Below the pieces are notes generated by a model, which saw nothing but the letters and a program-made list of their open reading frames with translations, had not been told where the DNA came from and did no database searches. From Camelus ferus (Eukaryota): a DNA stretch of 64,000 nucleotides. Each line of letters begins with the position of its first letter. Within the stretch, counting starts at the first letter, position 1. The position numbers and the translations under genes were made by a program. The DNA lies in the NCBI RefSeq assembly GCF_009834535.1, contig NC_045696.1, positions 33,110,001 to 33,174,000 on the forward strand, written 5' to 3'. Positions 25,851 through 38,429 of the stretch are shown here, piece by piece.

Positions 25851-28134
25851 TAGAAGGCAATGAGTGATACAAATGGATGAATAAAGTAACTCATTAATGG
25901 CTAACAAAGATCACCAGTGAATGAAAAATAAATAAGATAGATGGCACAATACGTAGGACAAGGAGGGAAATAGAAGTTTGTTCACATACTGATTATGTTA
26001 TTTAACTGCTAAATTTCAAACTACTAAAGTATATGTTGTGATATTTGAGAAATACGATGAACAGTTTACAGTGGTAGATGTATAAAAGACAACAGAAAGG
26101 GGTTGCTCTGTCGAATAGTAAACAATCCCATTCTTGTGTGTCTATTTATCCTCTTTCTCAGTTGCATTATATTTTTCCTTTTGTAAATGCTATGCAGTTG
26201 TTACCAGGGAGGGCACTATCTGCAGAGGATAAATTAAATTCTTTTTTTAACTCTATTTTATTTTTAGATTACAATGTAAATATTTCCCCGTGATTAAAGC
26301 TGCTCAAGACATGCTTATTATATGCTTATTATTTATATAAATTCATACAGAGGGTCAGATTGATTTTTTAAAAATTGTGTATTGTGAATCCTTAATCAAA
26401 GTCTTTGTGCTTGCTATTAGCCTTGGGAATAGAAGGCTAAGCAGAGGTCCAATGGTGAACTCTTGGAAGTTCTTTCTTCATTTTAAACATTAATAGAGTT
26501 ATTTTTAGTCATTAATTTTGTAACAAAGGAAATTGATGCATGTTCAAGATTTAATAGAGAGCTTCAAGATTTTGATAACACTGCATGATGACATTTCTTA
26601 ACTCAGTGAAGTTAAAGGATCAGAATGTGTGGAATGTACATCCAGACTACACCTAGTGATGTGGGGCATCTCTGTCATTTTTGGTCAGAGGCAAATAATA
26701 GGACATGGGGAAATTGCTGTGATCCCTCCTAAGGTTGTGGTGTGGCACATTTACAGGTCTGCATGAGCAGTTGGATGCTTTCTTAGTTCATCATTCATGA
26801 GTTGTTTCACCAGCCCTGTCAACAGTTAGTCCTCTAAGGAGCAATCATCCACATCTTGCAATCCTCTAGGACTACAAACTCATTCTGCAACAAGCAGTTA
26901 GAGTGATGCTGCTTACTTGAGCCTCAAAATGGCATTGTGTTGTCATATAACCCTCAGTTGCCAGACGGAAGTAGGGTCCAGTAGTAATTGGAAAGCTCCA
27001 AATGTTTGGCGTAGTTGCATTCTCTAGTTTAATCACTTGCCTTATGCTTTTCCTTGTATTTTTTGAATATTAATGGTTATCATGGGGCATAAAAGATATA
27101 CATCTTAATGAGCAAAACTAAAGAGGCCTTCTAATGTTCTTGAACTGACAAGCTAGAGACTGAGATGGGCTCTACACAGATGACTTTTTTTTTTTAAAGT
27201 GGGAATGTAATAGCCTCTGGAGATTCTTGGTCAGGACAGATAGATGTTTCTTCAGGTCTTGCTTAGACATTAGAGATTTATGATATGAATATATTAGAAT
27301 ATATTTCATCTGCTCCTTAAATCTGAAACAAAGAAGTGCCCTTGATTTGGAGAGAAAAGTTTTTAAAAGGCACATCAATGTGAAATAGATGATTTGGACA
27401 TTTTGCTGACACTCAGGTAATTTTTGTTTGGAAAGAAGCATTCTTCTTGCTTCTGTCTTGATAGCCTGAGCCAGTGACTTTGACCAAGTGACATGGGATG
27501 TTAATGTGGGGATTATAATTTAAAGCTGAAATTTAATTGTGAAGCACTCTTAGTCTTTCCCACTGTCTCTCCTCCTTTCCAAGTATGAGTGCATTTTATT
27601 AATGTTAACTAAAATCTTTAATGCCTACAGAATACTTGAACTATCACCCATTATTGATAGCATAATATAATATTATTTTCCTAGCCATGGTTTTCCAAAT
27701 ATACCTCAGTAGTAGAGCTGTGTAATTTTTTCAAAAGAAAAATAGTAGCTATAATTGATATCACTTTTTTTTTTTTGCCTTTTGGAAATCTTGGAACAAT
27801 CGTGTATTTTTTGATGCATAAAAATGTATATAACAAATTTGTAAATTATAAAGCATAGTAAAAAAAAAAGATATCAAATGAAACCACAAACATTACTGCC
27901 ACCTTATTACTCTTCCCCATTCCATTGTCATGCCTCTCATTGTAGTGAGAATTTTTTAAAATTTGGAATTTTTTTGTGTGCTATATGTATGTAATTATTG
28001 CACATATGCATTCTTACATGATACATTATTATTATTTTTACTGAATGAAAGATTCTTTAAATTCTACAGCACTTTACAATTTTCAAAAGTTTCACACACA
28101 TGATTTCATATAATCCCATAACAACTCTTTATTT

Positions 28135-29405
28135 ATTTTTTTCTACCTTTATATTGTCCCTCCCCACTACCCTCTCCCCACTGGTAACCACTAGTTTGTT
28201 CTATCTGTGAATCTGCTTCTTTTTTGTTTCATTCACTAGCTTACTGTATTTTTCTGATTCCACATACAGTATTTGTCTTTCTCTGTCTGACATTTCACTT
28301 AGTGTAATGTCCTCCAAGTCCAACCATGTTGCTGCAAATGGCAAAATTTCATTCTTTTTATGACTGAGTAGTATTCCATTGTATATAATATACCACATCA
28401 TCTTTATACACTCATCTATTGGTGAACACTTAGATGCTTCCATACCTTGGCAAATGTAAATAATGCTGCTGTGAGCATTGAGGTGCATGTATCTTTTAAA
28501 ATTAGTGGTTTTGTTTTTTTCTGGAAATATACCCAGGAATGGAATTGTAGGCTCATATAGTAGTTCTATTTTTATTTTTTCGAGAAACCTCCATACTGTT
28601 TTCTGCAGTGGCTACACCAATTTATGTTCCCACCGACTTAGCAGGAGGATTCCTTTTTCTCCACATCCTTGCCAACATTTATTTGTGTTGTCTTTGATGA
28701 TAGCCATTCTGTGAGTTGTGAGGTGATACCTCATTGTAGTTTTGATTTGCATTTCCCTGATGATTAGTGGTGACTTCAGACTATACTACACAGCTACAGT
28801 GATCAAAACAGTACGGTACTAGTACAAAAACAGACACATAGATCAATGGAATAGAAAAGAGAGGTCAGACATTTGATCCCACACATTTGAGGTCAATTAT
28901 TGATGACAAAGGAGGCAAGAATATACAATGGAGAAAAGACAGTCTCTTCAATAAGCGGTGCTGGGAAAACTGGACAGCTAATTGTAAAAGAATGAAATTA
29001 GAACATTTTCTACCACCACATACAAAAATAAACTCATAATGGGTTAATGACCTAAATGTAAGACCAGATACTCCTAGAGGAAAACAGGAATAACACTCTG
29101 ACATAAATCACAGCAATATTTTTTTAATCTGTCTCCTAAAACAAAGGAAATAAAAGCAAAAATAAACAAGTAGGACCTAATTAAACTGAAAATCTTTTGC
29201 ACAGCAAAGGAAACTATCAGTAAAATAAATGACAACCTACTGAGTAAGAAGATATTTGCGAATAATATGACTGATAAGGTATTAATATCTAAAATGTGAA
29301 CAGCTCACATACCTCAACATCAAAAAAACAAACAAACAACCTGATTGAAAAATGGGCGGAAGAACTGAATATACATTTTTCCAGAGAGGAAATGCAGATG
29401 GCCAA
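28135..29405. mobile_element. LINE-1 with 5' inversion: 28135-28772 minus (ORF2 end / 3'UTR) and 28771-29405 plus (upstream ORF2)
   Basis: Strand switch at 'tgattagtgg|tgacttcagactatactac'. ORF 28201-28488 gives the L1 C-terminal peptide 'KKNEILPFAATWLDLE'. Confidence 0.92.
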
Positions 29406-29454
29406 TTAATTTTATTTCTTTTGAGCTTTTTAAAGTGTTTTTGTAATTTAAGAA

Positions 29455-29547
29455 GTTTTTAATATTTTTTATTAAATTATTTATTTATTTATTTATTATT
29501 AATATATTTATTTATTTATTATTAATATATTTATTAAATAATAATTT
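29455..29547. repeat. Pure-AT low-complexity tract with a duplicated TTTATTTATTATTAATATA unit
   Basis: Read directly from the sequence. Confidence 0.9.
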
Positions 29548-32122
29548 TCAACATTATGTTTCCAAATTTCATCCATGTTATTTCTATGCAGTTTTTCATT
29601 TGTTACCATTATTTTATAACATTACTCTACATAAATACATTATGATTTCGTTATATATTTTCCTATATTTTGGGGCTGTTTCCATTTTTTGGTAAATACA
29701 AACAGTGCTGCTTTGAATATTCTTGTACATGTTTTCTAGGGCACATTTGCAGGAATTTGTCTAGCCTAGAAGTGGAGTTGCTAGGTTTTAGTATTTGCAC
29801 ATATTATTACAGAAGATAATGGCAAAAATTTTTCCAATGTAATTTATCAATGTATTCCACTAGCAGTATATACATAGTTCCCTGTGTTCTATATTCCCAC
29901 CATTTTTGGTATTGTCAGGCACTACCAGTCTTATGAATATAAAAGTTTCTCATTATAGTCTAATTTTGCGTATTCCTAATTAGTAATGAAGTGTGAGCAT
30001 CTTTTATTTGCTTTTCTTATTTGGTTCTTGTTCTAAGTAAACTCTTCTTATGTTTGAATAGTACTTCTTTGCTAAGGCCCATAAGAGATTCTTTTGTCTT
30101 TTAAAGGTTTTATAATTTTATTTTACTTAAGTCTTTAATATATTTGAAGTTGATTATTGTGGATCTTGTGAGCTAATTTCATTTTCTTTTTTCTATGTGA
30201 ATAACTAATTGTCCCAGCACCACTAATTAAACAGTCTCTTTTGTCCTTAATTATTGATTGCCATGATTTCTGTCATATGTTAAGTATTCTTTGATTAATA
30301 GATATTTTAGATGTATTCTCCATTCCTGTTTTAAAGCCACATTAACTTAAAAATTATAGTTTTCTAATAAACCTTAATATTTGGTGTAGATCTTCCAAAC
30401 TTGCTCTTTTTCTTCAGGAACTTCTTGGTTACTCCCAGACCTTGCAATTCAATACAAATTTTAGAAAAATCTTGCTAAAAATGTTACAGTAATTTCATTG
30501 AACCTGTAGATCAATGTTGATAAAAATAACTAGACTCTTTACAATCCAAGAACACTGTAGCTTATTTATGTCTTTTTAAATGTCTCACAACGAAGTTTGT
30601 AATTTTCTGCAAACATACCTTACCATATTTTATTCAGAGATGACATATTTTAATTAGCATTGCAAATTATGTCTGATGTATTCCTTCTGAATGTCCTTTC
30701 TGAATATTTCAGTTCTTCAAAAATGTAGTTAGTATTTGAACATTAATATTGCATTCAACAGCTTTCTTAATATCTGTTTTAATTCTAAAATTTTTATGAA
30801 TATTTTTATAATTTGTATACAATTGTATCATCCCTGAATAATAGCAATTTTGTTTCTTTCCTTCTAATCCTTATAAAGGTTATTTTTCTTGTTTAATGCA
30901 TTGGGTATGTATTCCAATGCATTAGAGACAGCTGTGATATAAGTCATCCTTGTGTTGATTGTGATTTTAAATGAAATACTTCTAAATTTTTACCACTAAA
31001 TATTATTTTCCTGTTGATTCTCTTCATTAAATTGAGGCTAATCCTAATTTGCCAACAATTTTTGTCATGGATGAAATTTGAATTAATAACAATATGCCAG
31101 TATTTATTGACTTAATCATTTCATTTAGCCTCTTAATGTGGTAATCACATTTACAGAGTTTTTAGTGATAGACCACTCTTGCAGTTGTGGAATAAATCAA
31201 GCACAGTCACGGTATAGCACCTTTTCATGCACTGCTGGATTAAGTTAGCTAATATTTTGTTTAGGATTTTACATCTATATTTATAAGGAGAATTAGACTG
31301 TAGTTTACCCATCTCATTACATCCTTGACTACAGTTGATAATGTGAGTAGGGGACTATATCCTCTTTTTAATTCTTTGAAAGAGTTTATGTAAGTTTTGA
31401 ACTATCTCTTTTTAGAGTTACATAGGGATTACCCATAAAACATTTTTGTCCTGGAATTTGCTTTTTGGAACATTAAAAAAAGCTGATTCAGTTAGTTTAT
31501 TTATTTGCTTCGAGAATGTTTGAGCTTTATTTCTTCCTAATTCAATTGTGGTAGCGTAGATTTTTCTAAGAATTTGTCCATTTTTTCTAAATAGTAGATA
31601 AACTTCTTTCACTTCTTTAAATCAGGCTCTGAAATGATATATACACTCATTTCTTAGTTAAATTTCTATAATGATTCTTTTTTGTTATATTAGATTTTTA
31701 AATAGATTAATTTATAAGTACATACATTTATATTATTTATAAATTTTATCACCATGTAACTTATTTGTATTTTATTTATGATAATTGAAACTGACTTTTT
31801 TAAATGTTTTTACTGTCTCATTTATATCCTAGTATGTGACCAATGTTCTTTAGGTGCACTCTGTGTCCTTAAGAATGAACATTCCTCAGTTGGTTTCAAG
31901 GTGCTATATATGTCCTTTAATCTAGCATTATAATCCTTTTGTTCAAATTTATGTGTGTATGTATATATATATTATATATATATGTATTTGTGGAGATAAA
32001 AATATTTTTGTGGTCTTCGCAGACTTTGAGAGAAGAATGTTGAGATCTCTCACTATAATAGTGGTTGTCAGTTTTCCTCTGTAGTTGACTATCAACTTTG
32101 GCTTTTTATATTTTGAGACTAC

Positions 32123-32562
32123 TGAAGCAGAAGCTGCTGGGTGTCTTCCAAAATCTGTTCTCTACTTCTTCAGTAGTCACAGGAGCTGTACAGACTGTCA
32201 TTTCAAGCTTTCTTGTATCCACACATGATGTTATCACTAGATATGGTTCATGGCTCATGGGATATAAGTAGTATAAGGTATTTTTTCAAAGTCTTTAGAT
32301 GAAAGTTGGCAGAGACCTTTGGCCCTTGTTTGTCCCTTTTCTAGCCTACAGCATGGGACACAAGTGTCATCTTAGACTGGGATAAGGAGACTATATCTAT
32401 GTGTGACTGAGAGATATGGTAGAAAAAGCCTGGTCCCCAAGGAATTTGAAGGCAAAATTCTCAAAGCACCATTGGAAGTTTAAATCCATGAAAGGGGAAA
32501 AATATTACTTCAGCTACTGCCATTTTAAATGGTGTGACATAGGTAGCTCTACCTAATCTAAA
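32123..32562 (+). mobile_element. MLT1J-like MaLR solo LTR nested in the old L1
   Basis: 5' end 'tgaagcagaagctgctgggtgtcttccaaaatctgttctctacttcttc'. A 5-bp TSD ACTAC lies at 32118-32122 and 32563-32567. Confidence 0.75.
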
Positions 32563-33164
32563 ACTACTGAGGTATTAAATGTAAACAAATGTACAATTGC
32601 TAGATAACCCTGGTTAATGGAACATTTATTGTGTAGTGACCCTCACCTTCCTATATACATAGGAAATTTGGGGCTCTTTATGTTTTGTGTACATTTCTTG
32701 TACCTAGCATACTGTAAGATGTTATTTGATTTTCCATTTAGACTTTCTGTGTTTTTGTTTAACTGGCAAGTGTAGTCATTTTGATAATTGATCTATTTTA
32801 ACATATTTCTTCATCTTACTTAGTGTTTTATGGTGTCTCACTTTTTTAAGACTTTTTTCCTTCTTTCTTTCTTTACATATCAATTGAAAATGTTTCTTTT
32901 TTCCCCCTATTTTTCACTGACTTTTACCTTGTAAAATTGGGAAGTTTGGGTTTTGGCTGTCACTTCCCTTGCTTCTTTTAATACTGTAGACCACCCTCTG
33001 AATGACTCAAATACCTTAAGGCTGTTTCACTTTGTCAATTCTAATCTGCTTTACAGATCATCCTTTTGTGATTTTACTTCCTTCTTTTTAGCCAGACACA
33101 TTTGATATTATTATTATTACTATACAGATAACTTTTATTTAGATTTTAATAAATGTATAGCATT

Positions 33165-33320
33165 TTTTGAGCTTAAACAACAAAAATTTCTTTTCTCACA
33201 GTTTTGAAAGCAAGAAATCCGAAAATCAAGATGTCACTGGTATTGGTTCCTTTTGAGAGCTATTCAGGAAAGATCTGTTTTAGACCTCTCTCCTTGGCTT
33301 GCAGGTGGTTTCTTCATGTT
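33165..33320 (-). mobile_element. MLT1B/C LTR fragment
   Basis: 'gcttaaacaacaaaaatttcttttctcacagttttgaaagcaagaaatccgaaaatcaagatgtc'. Confidence 0.75.
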
Positions 33321-35879
33321 CACATTTTTTTTTCCCCTGTATTTTTACATCATTTTCTCCCTTCCAGTCTTTTCACTATTCTCTCTTGCATCTTAGACCA
33401 TCTTTCTAGGATATGTTTGTTTGTTTTCCTTTCTGAAATATATCCTCTAGATATTTCTCTGGGGAAGAATTACTTGTGGTAAAGTTAACTCTAGTTTGTT
33501 GGAAAATACCATTATTTTACTCTTATTATTAATATATAGTTTTGTTGTATAAGCTGGTTTAGGTTGGTGACTATTTTTTTCTTATCATTCAGAAGATACT
33601 ACTCCATGGTCTTCTGGCTTCCATTGTTGTTCATAAGTCTGCAGTTCATCTATTGGTCCATCATATCTTTGTTATTGCTGCTTTTATGTTCTTTTTGTCA
33701 ATAGTCTCTTGAAATTTTATTATAACTTACTTATATTGTTTCACACATATTGTGGGTCCTATTTCTACGAGTTTATCTGGTCAGTTCTGGGATTTTTAAA
33801 GGCAGTAAGTTTTAGTCAGTACTACTCAGATCTTAGTGTTATACATTTTCCAAATAGAGAGGATTTCTCCTCACAAATATGAAGACTGCTGATTCTAGGT
33901 AAAAGGAAATCTGTGTGGCGTTTAAAAATTCATTTATGTAAAGCAATAAAAATCATTTTGGGGAGAACAAAGATGATTTTACACAAAAATCCTTTCCCCT
34001 CTTATTTTTTGAAACTAAAAATCGCTGAACTTTCTCCCAAGTTTAAGTAGTGTGAGGTCATCTCATATAGACAGCCAGGTAAAAGGAAAAAAAGTTACAA
34101 AATAAAAGATGTTTCCTCATTCCATGAGCATACGCAGGGTGCTTTGCTGTTTCTGGCTTATTAACTCTAACTTGATTTATGTCCTTTCTTCAAAAAAATT
34201 TCATATGGGAAAGTAAGTTATACTGATGTTATAGAAATAGGTATTCTAAAATAATTAAATTATTCATAGATTTGCAGCTCAGATTTCACCTTGAAAATAA
34301 TATCACTTCCATTTAAACTTATTGTCTTAAAGTTCTAGTACCAGTTTGTTCACTCATTTATTCTGCAAGTATGCATTAAGCTAATAATGTAGGTTATTAA
34401 TCTACTCCTCTCCTGAATTTTTCTTGACACCTGCTGAAGAAATGAGCCAAAAATATAATGGAGAATCACTTTAAATTAAGGGGAAAAAAGAAAATAATCA
34501 TTTTTTTTCCTTATGGCTGTAATATAAAGTATTATTTTTAAAAAGTATAATGGGGAAAATAGCTGTAAACTCATATATAATGGTGCACCGTATTTTTAAA
34601 CTCTTACATATTTAGATCTTTTTTAGAAGCCAGAGTAGGCTGAGTAGAATTCAGTGCCATCCTTGAAATATTGGTCTTGTAGTTATTAATTACTTCAGCG
34701 AAGTTAACCCTTATCCACAGTCATTCTGGCTACTGCTTATAAGTTCATGTCTTACTGCATCTCTGTTCTACTGAGTTTAGAAATAACCCAGCTTCCTACT
34801 GCAAATCTTTATAATGAGAATCATTTTAATCCTCAGTCTCTCGCTGTAAGCTGTTCTTATAGAGAATTTGTTTCACTGATAATATTTTAGTTTATTTGCT
34901 TTTAAAGTAGCACTTATTTCATCTTTTGAGATACAGTTGGTATTTTTGAAGGATTACACTAAGCAAACTATTGATTTATAATCAACTTTATTATAAATTA
35001 TGAACTATCATGGTTTAAGACATTAATATCCTTAATGTATTAATATTTTGAGGTTGAATTTCATGACATAAAATATAGTAACAAGGCAGATAGTGTAAAA
35101 ATATTTAGTACATATTAGTTTTCATTCAGAATACCAAAGTTTAAGTCAGAAATTAATACCTGTATTCTGTTAGTATTTAATGAAGGGATGTGGCTGTGAA
35201 TTACAGAGAATAATCACAATTGTTTTTATTCATCCTTTTTGTTGGGTTCTGTATATACATGGCCAGAAGTTTAATTTTAAAAAAACCAAAAACTATGCCC
35301 TCCTAAAGTTTTCCACTTGAGTATCTAACACTAAAATAAGCAAAATTGGACCAGGCAAAAAATATTCAGTGGTAAAGAAAATACTTGAATTAATTTAATG
35401 AAAGGAACAAATTCTCACTTCCAAGTATAGGTTTTTGGTGTTAGACAACAACTTGAAATGTTTTGGGGAAATTTCCTTGCTTTTTAAATTCCCCATCTTC
35501 CCCCACCCTTCCCTTCACCCCAAGGTTTTCTTTTTGTATCATTTGATTATGATAATATCCCTAACCCAGCCCCTGGTACAAGCCTCAGCCACTTCCAAAG
35601 ATTTCATCGCCACACCCACCCCCGTTTTCCTTTGAGACTGGAATAAATTAGAGATTGAGAAAATGGTGTAGTGAGTTAAAAATAGGTGAAATAGAATCAG
35701 TAAGTCACCCCAGGCTAATTTTCTGCTTGTATGTGGCAGAAAAATTGGGGATAATTATCATTTAAAAGAATTAGGATTTATCTTTCTCAGTTGTATTTCC
35801 AAAAATTAAGTCTTCAAGCAAATACTTGTATTCAAGTGAGAAGTTTCTAGAACCTCAGGCCTATCATTTCCTTCAGGCA

Positions 35880-36085
35880 GTAATGTGTTAGGAGTCACAA
35901 GGACATAATTTGGGATCACAGATCTCCTCCTAGAACCTGTGGATTCTGTTGTTTCATATGATAATTTATGGTAGTAGAACCTAAATCACATCATCATTAT
36001 GAAAATGAACTTAGGAAATATGTACAATATGCCAGGCAAGTGGAAACAATGTGAGAGATGCCAACAATTGTTAGTGTATATTAGT
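35880..36085 (+). mobile_element. MIR SINE
   Basis: 'ttaggagtcacaaggac...ctgttgtttcatatgataattt...gaacctaaatcac'. Confidence 0.5.
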
Positions 36086-36649
36086 TAGAAGTGGGTGAAG
36101 AGATCGTATCTATATATGGAAGTGGCTTTAAAAGAGTTATTCTTACATTTTACAAACAACTTAAAAGTTAAACTTAGAATCACTGATCTTTTTTAGAATG
36201 TTTAACTCTTTGTAGAGGAAAACTATTAATATCAGAGTTGTGTTGAAATATTCTATATATATATTTATGCATTAAATTCATGACACTATGCATGATCCTT
36301 CCTTATGTAACACATTTCATCATTTTACTATTGATGTTTAAAGATGAATTAATAGTTTTATAACTTACATCAAGTGGGAACTACATAGTCATAAAGGGTA
36401 ATGCTTTTATTACTTGTTTATTAATCTTCAAAGTACTTTTTTCAGGGATAAAACCCCCAAAATTAAACCTTATTTTTTTTTGCCTTATTTTTAGGATTTT
36501 TTTAAATGGCTACTGGAAAATGTGTTGAAAAATACTCTTGGAATTTTATGTAAATAGTGACTGAGATAAATTGCCAATCCTGATTTCAGTTCACTCTGTG
36601 ATGAGAAGAATAAAAGTTAAATCTACAGAGTAACATTACAGTTTACTTT

Positions 36650-38398
36650 TTATAATCTTAATTTAGATGTATGGGTATTATATTCTTTAATCTTTACATT
36701 TTTAGTTAATTTTTTGTGTATGATATAGTAGTCAAGTTTCATTTTTTTTGCATGTGGTTGTCCAGTTTTCTTGACATCATGTATTAAAGAGACTGTTCTT
36801 TTACCATTGTGTATTTTGAGCATCTTTGTCATAAATTAATTGACCATATGTGAGTGGGTTTATTTCTGGGCTCTCTGTTCTGTCTCATTGATCTGTGTAT
36901 CTGTTTTTATGCCAGTGCTGTACTGTTTTAATTAGTATAGCCTTGTAGTAGTTGAAATCAGGGCATGTGATGGCTCCAGCTTTGTTCTTTCTCAGTATTG
37001 CTTTAGCTATTCAGAATTTGTTTTGTTCTTGTTTTTCTGGTTTCATACAAATTTTAGGATTATTTGTTCTATTTATTTGGAAAATGTCATTGTCACTTTG
37101 ATAAGGATTTCACTGAATCTGTAGATTGCTCTGGGTAGTATGGACATTTTAACAATATTGATTCTTCTGATCCATGAGATTAGAAGAGATTCTCTCTCCA
37201 TTTATTTATGTCTTGAATTTCTTTCATCAATGTCTTACAGTTTTCAATGTACAGGTGTTTCACCTCCCTGTTAAATTTATTCTTAGGCATTTTATTCTTT
37301 TTCATGTAATTATAAATGAGGAATATCTTATTTTTCTTTCTGATAGTTATTGGTGTATAGAAATGCAACGGATTTTTGTGTATTGATTTTATATCCTGTA
37401 ACTTTACTGAATTTGCTTATTAGTTCTAGCAGTTTTTTTTTTAATGGAATCTTTAGGGTTTTTATATAAGTATCACATCATCTGCATACAGTGGCAGTTT
37501 TACTTCTTTTCCAATTTGACTGCCTTTTCTTTTCTTTTCTTTTCTTTACTAATTGCTCTTGCTAGGGCTTCCAATATGATGTTTAATAAAAGTAAGAGTG
37601 GTTATCCTTGTCTTGTTCCTTATCTTGAAAGAAATACTTTAAGATTTTCATTATTGAGTATGATATTAGCTGTGGGCTTGTCATATATGGCCTTTATTAT
37701 ATTGAGGTATGTTCCTTCTATACCCACTCTGTGAGAATTTTTGTCATAAATGGATATTGAATTTTGTCAGATGCTTTTTCTGCATCTATTGAGAAAATTA
37801 TTTGATTTTTATCCTTCATTTTGTTAATGTGGTGTATTACATTGACTAATTTATAGATGTTGGATCATCCTTGCATCCCTGGAATAAATCCCACTTGATC
37901 ATGGTGTATGAATCATCTAATGTATTATTGAGTTCAGTTTGCTAATACTGAGTTCAGAATTATTGCAACTAAGTTCGTCAGTGATATTGACCTATAATTT
38001 TCTTGTGGAGTCCTTGTCTGGTTTTGATATCAGGATAATTCTGGCCTCATAAAATAGATTTGGAGGAGTTCCCCCCTATTCTGTTTTTTTGGAAGAATTT
38101 GAGAAAGATTGGTATTAATTTTTCTTTGAATGTTTGGTAGAATTCACCTGTGAAGCCATCTGGTCCTGGACTTTTGTTTGTTGAGAGATTTTTGTTTACT
38201 GATTCACTCTATTTGCTCAAAATCAGTCTGTTCCAATTTTCTATTTCATCATGATTCAGTCCTGGTAAATTGTATGTTTCTAGGAATTAATCCATTTCTT
38301 CCAGGTTGTCAAATTTGTTATTATATAATTGTTGATAGTCTCTTAAGATCCTTTATATTTCTGTGGTATCAGCTATAAAGTCTCCTTTTTCATTTCTT

Positions 38399-38429
<31 letters not shown>

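Larger units (their letters stand above)
27800..33800 (-). mobile_element. Ancient L1 (L1ME-like) hosting younger insertions
   Basis: Degenerate antisense L1 strings ('aacagtgctgctttgaatattcttgtacatg', 'aattgtcccagcaccac', 'gctggattaagttagctaatattttgtttaggatttt', 'ccatggtcttctggcttccattg') occur in colinear order. Confidence 0.75.

Noticed and set aside
26600..27000. Possible processed pseudogene
   Set aside because: The composition looks coding-like, but the frame I translated gave no recognisable protein and I see no polyA or TSD.
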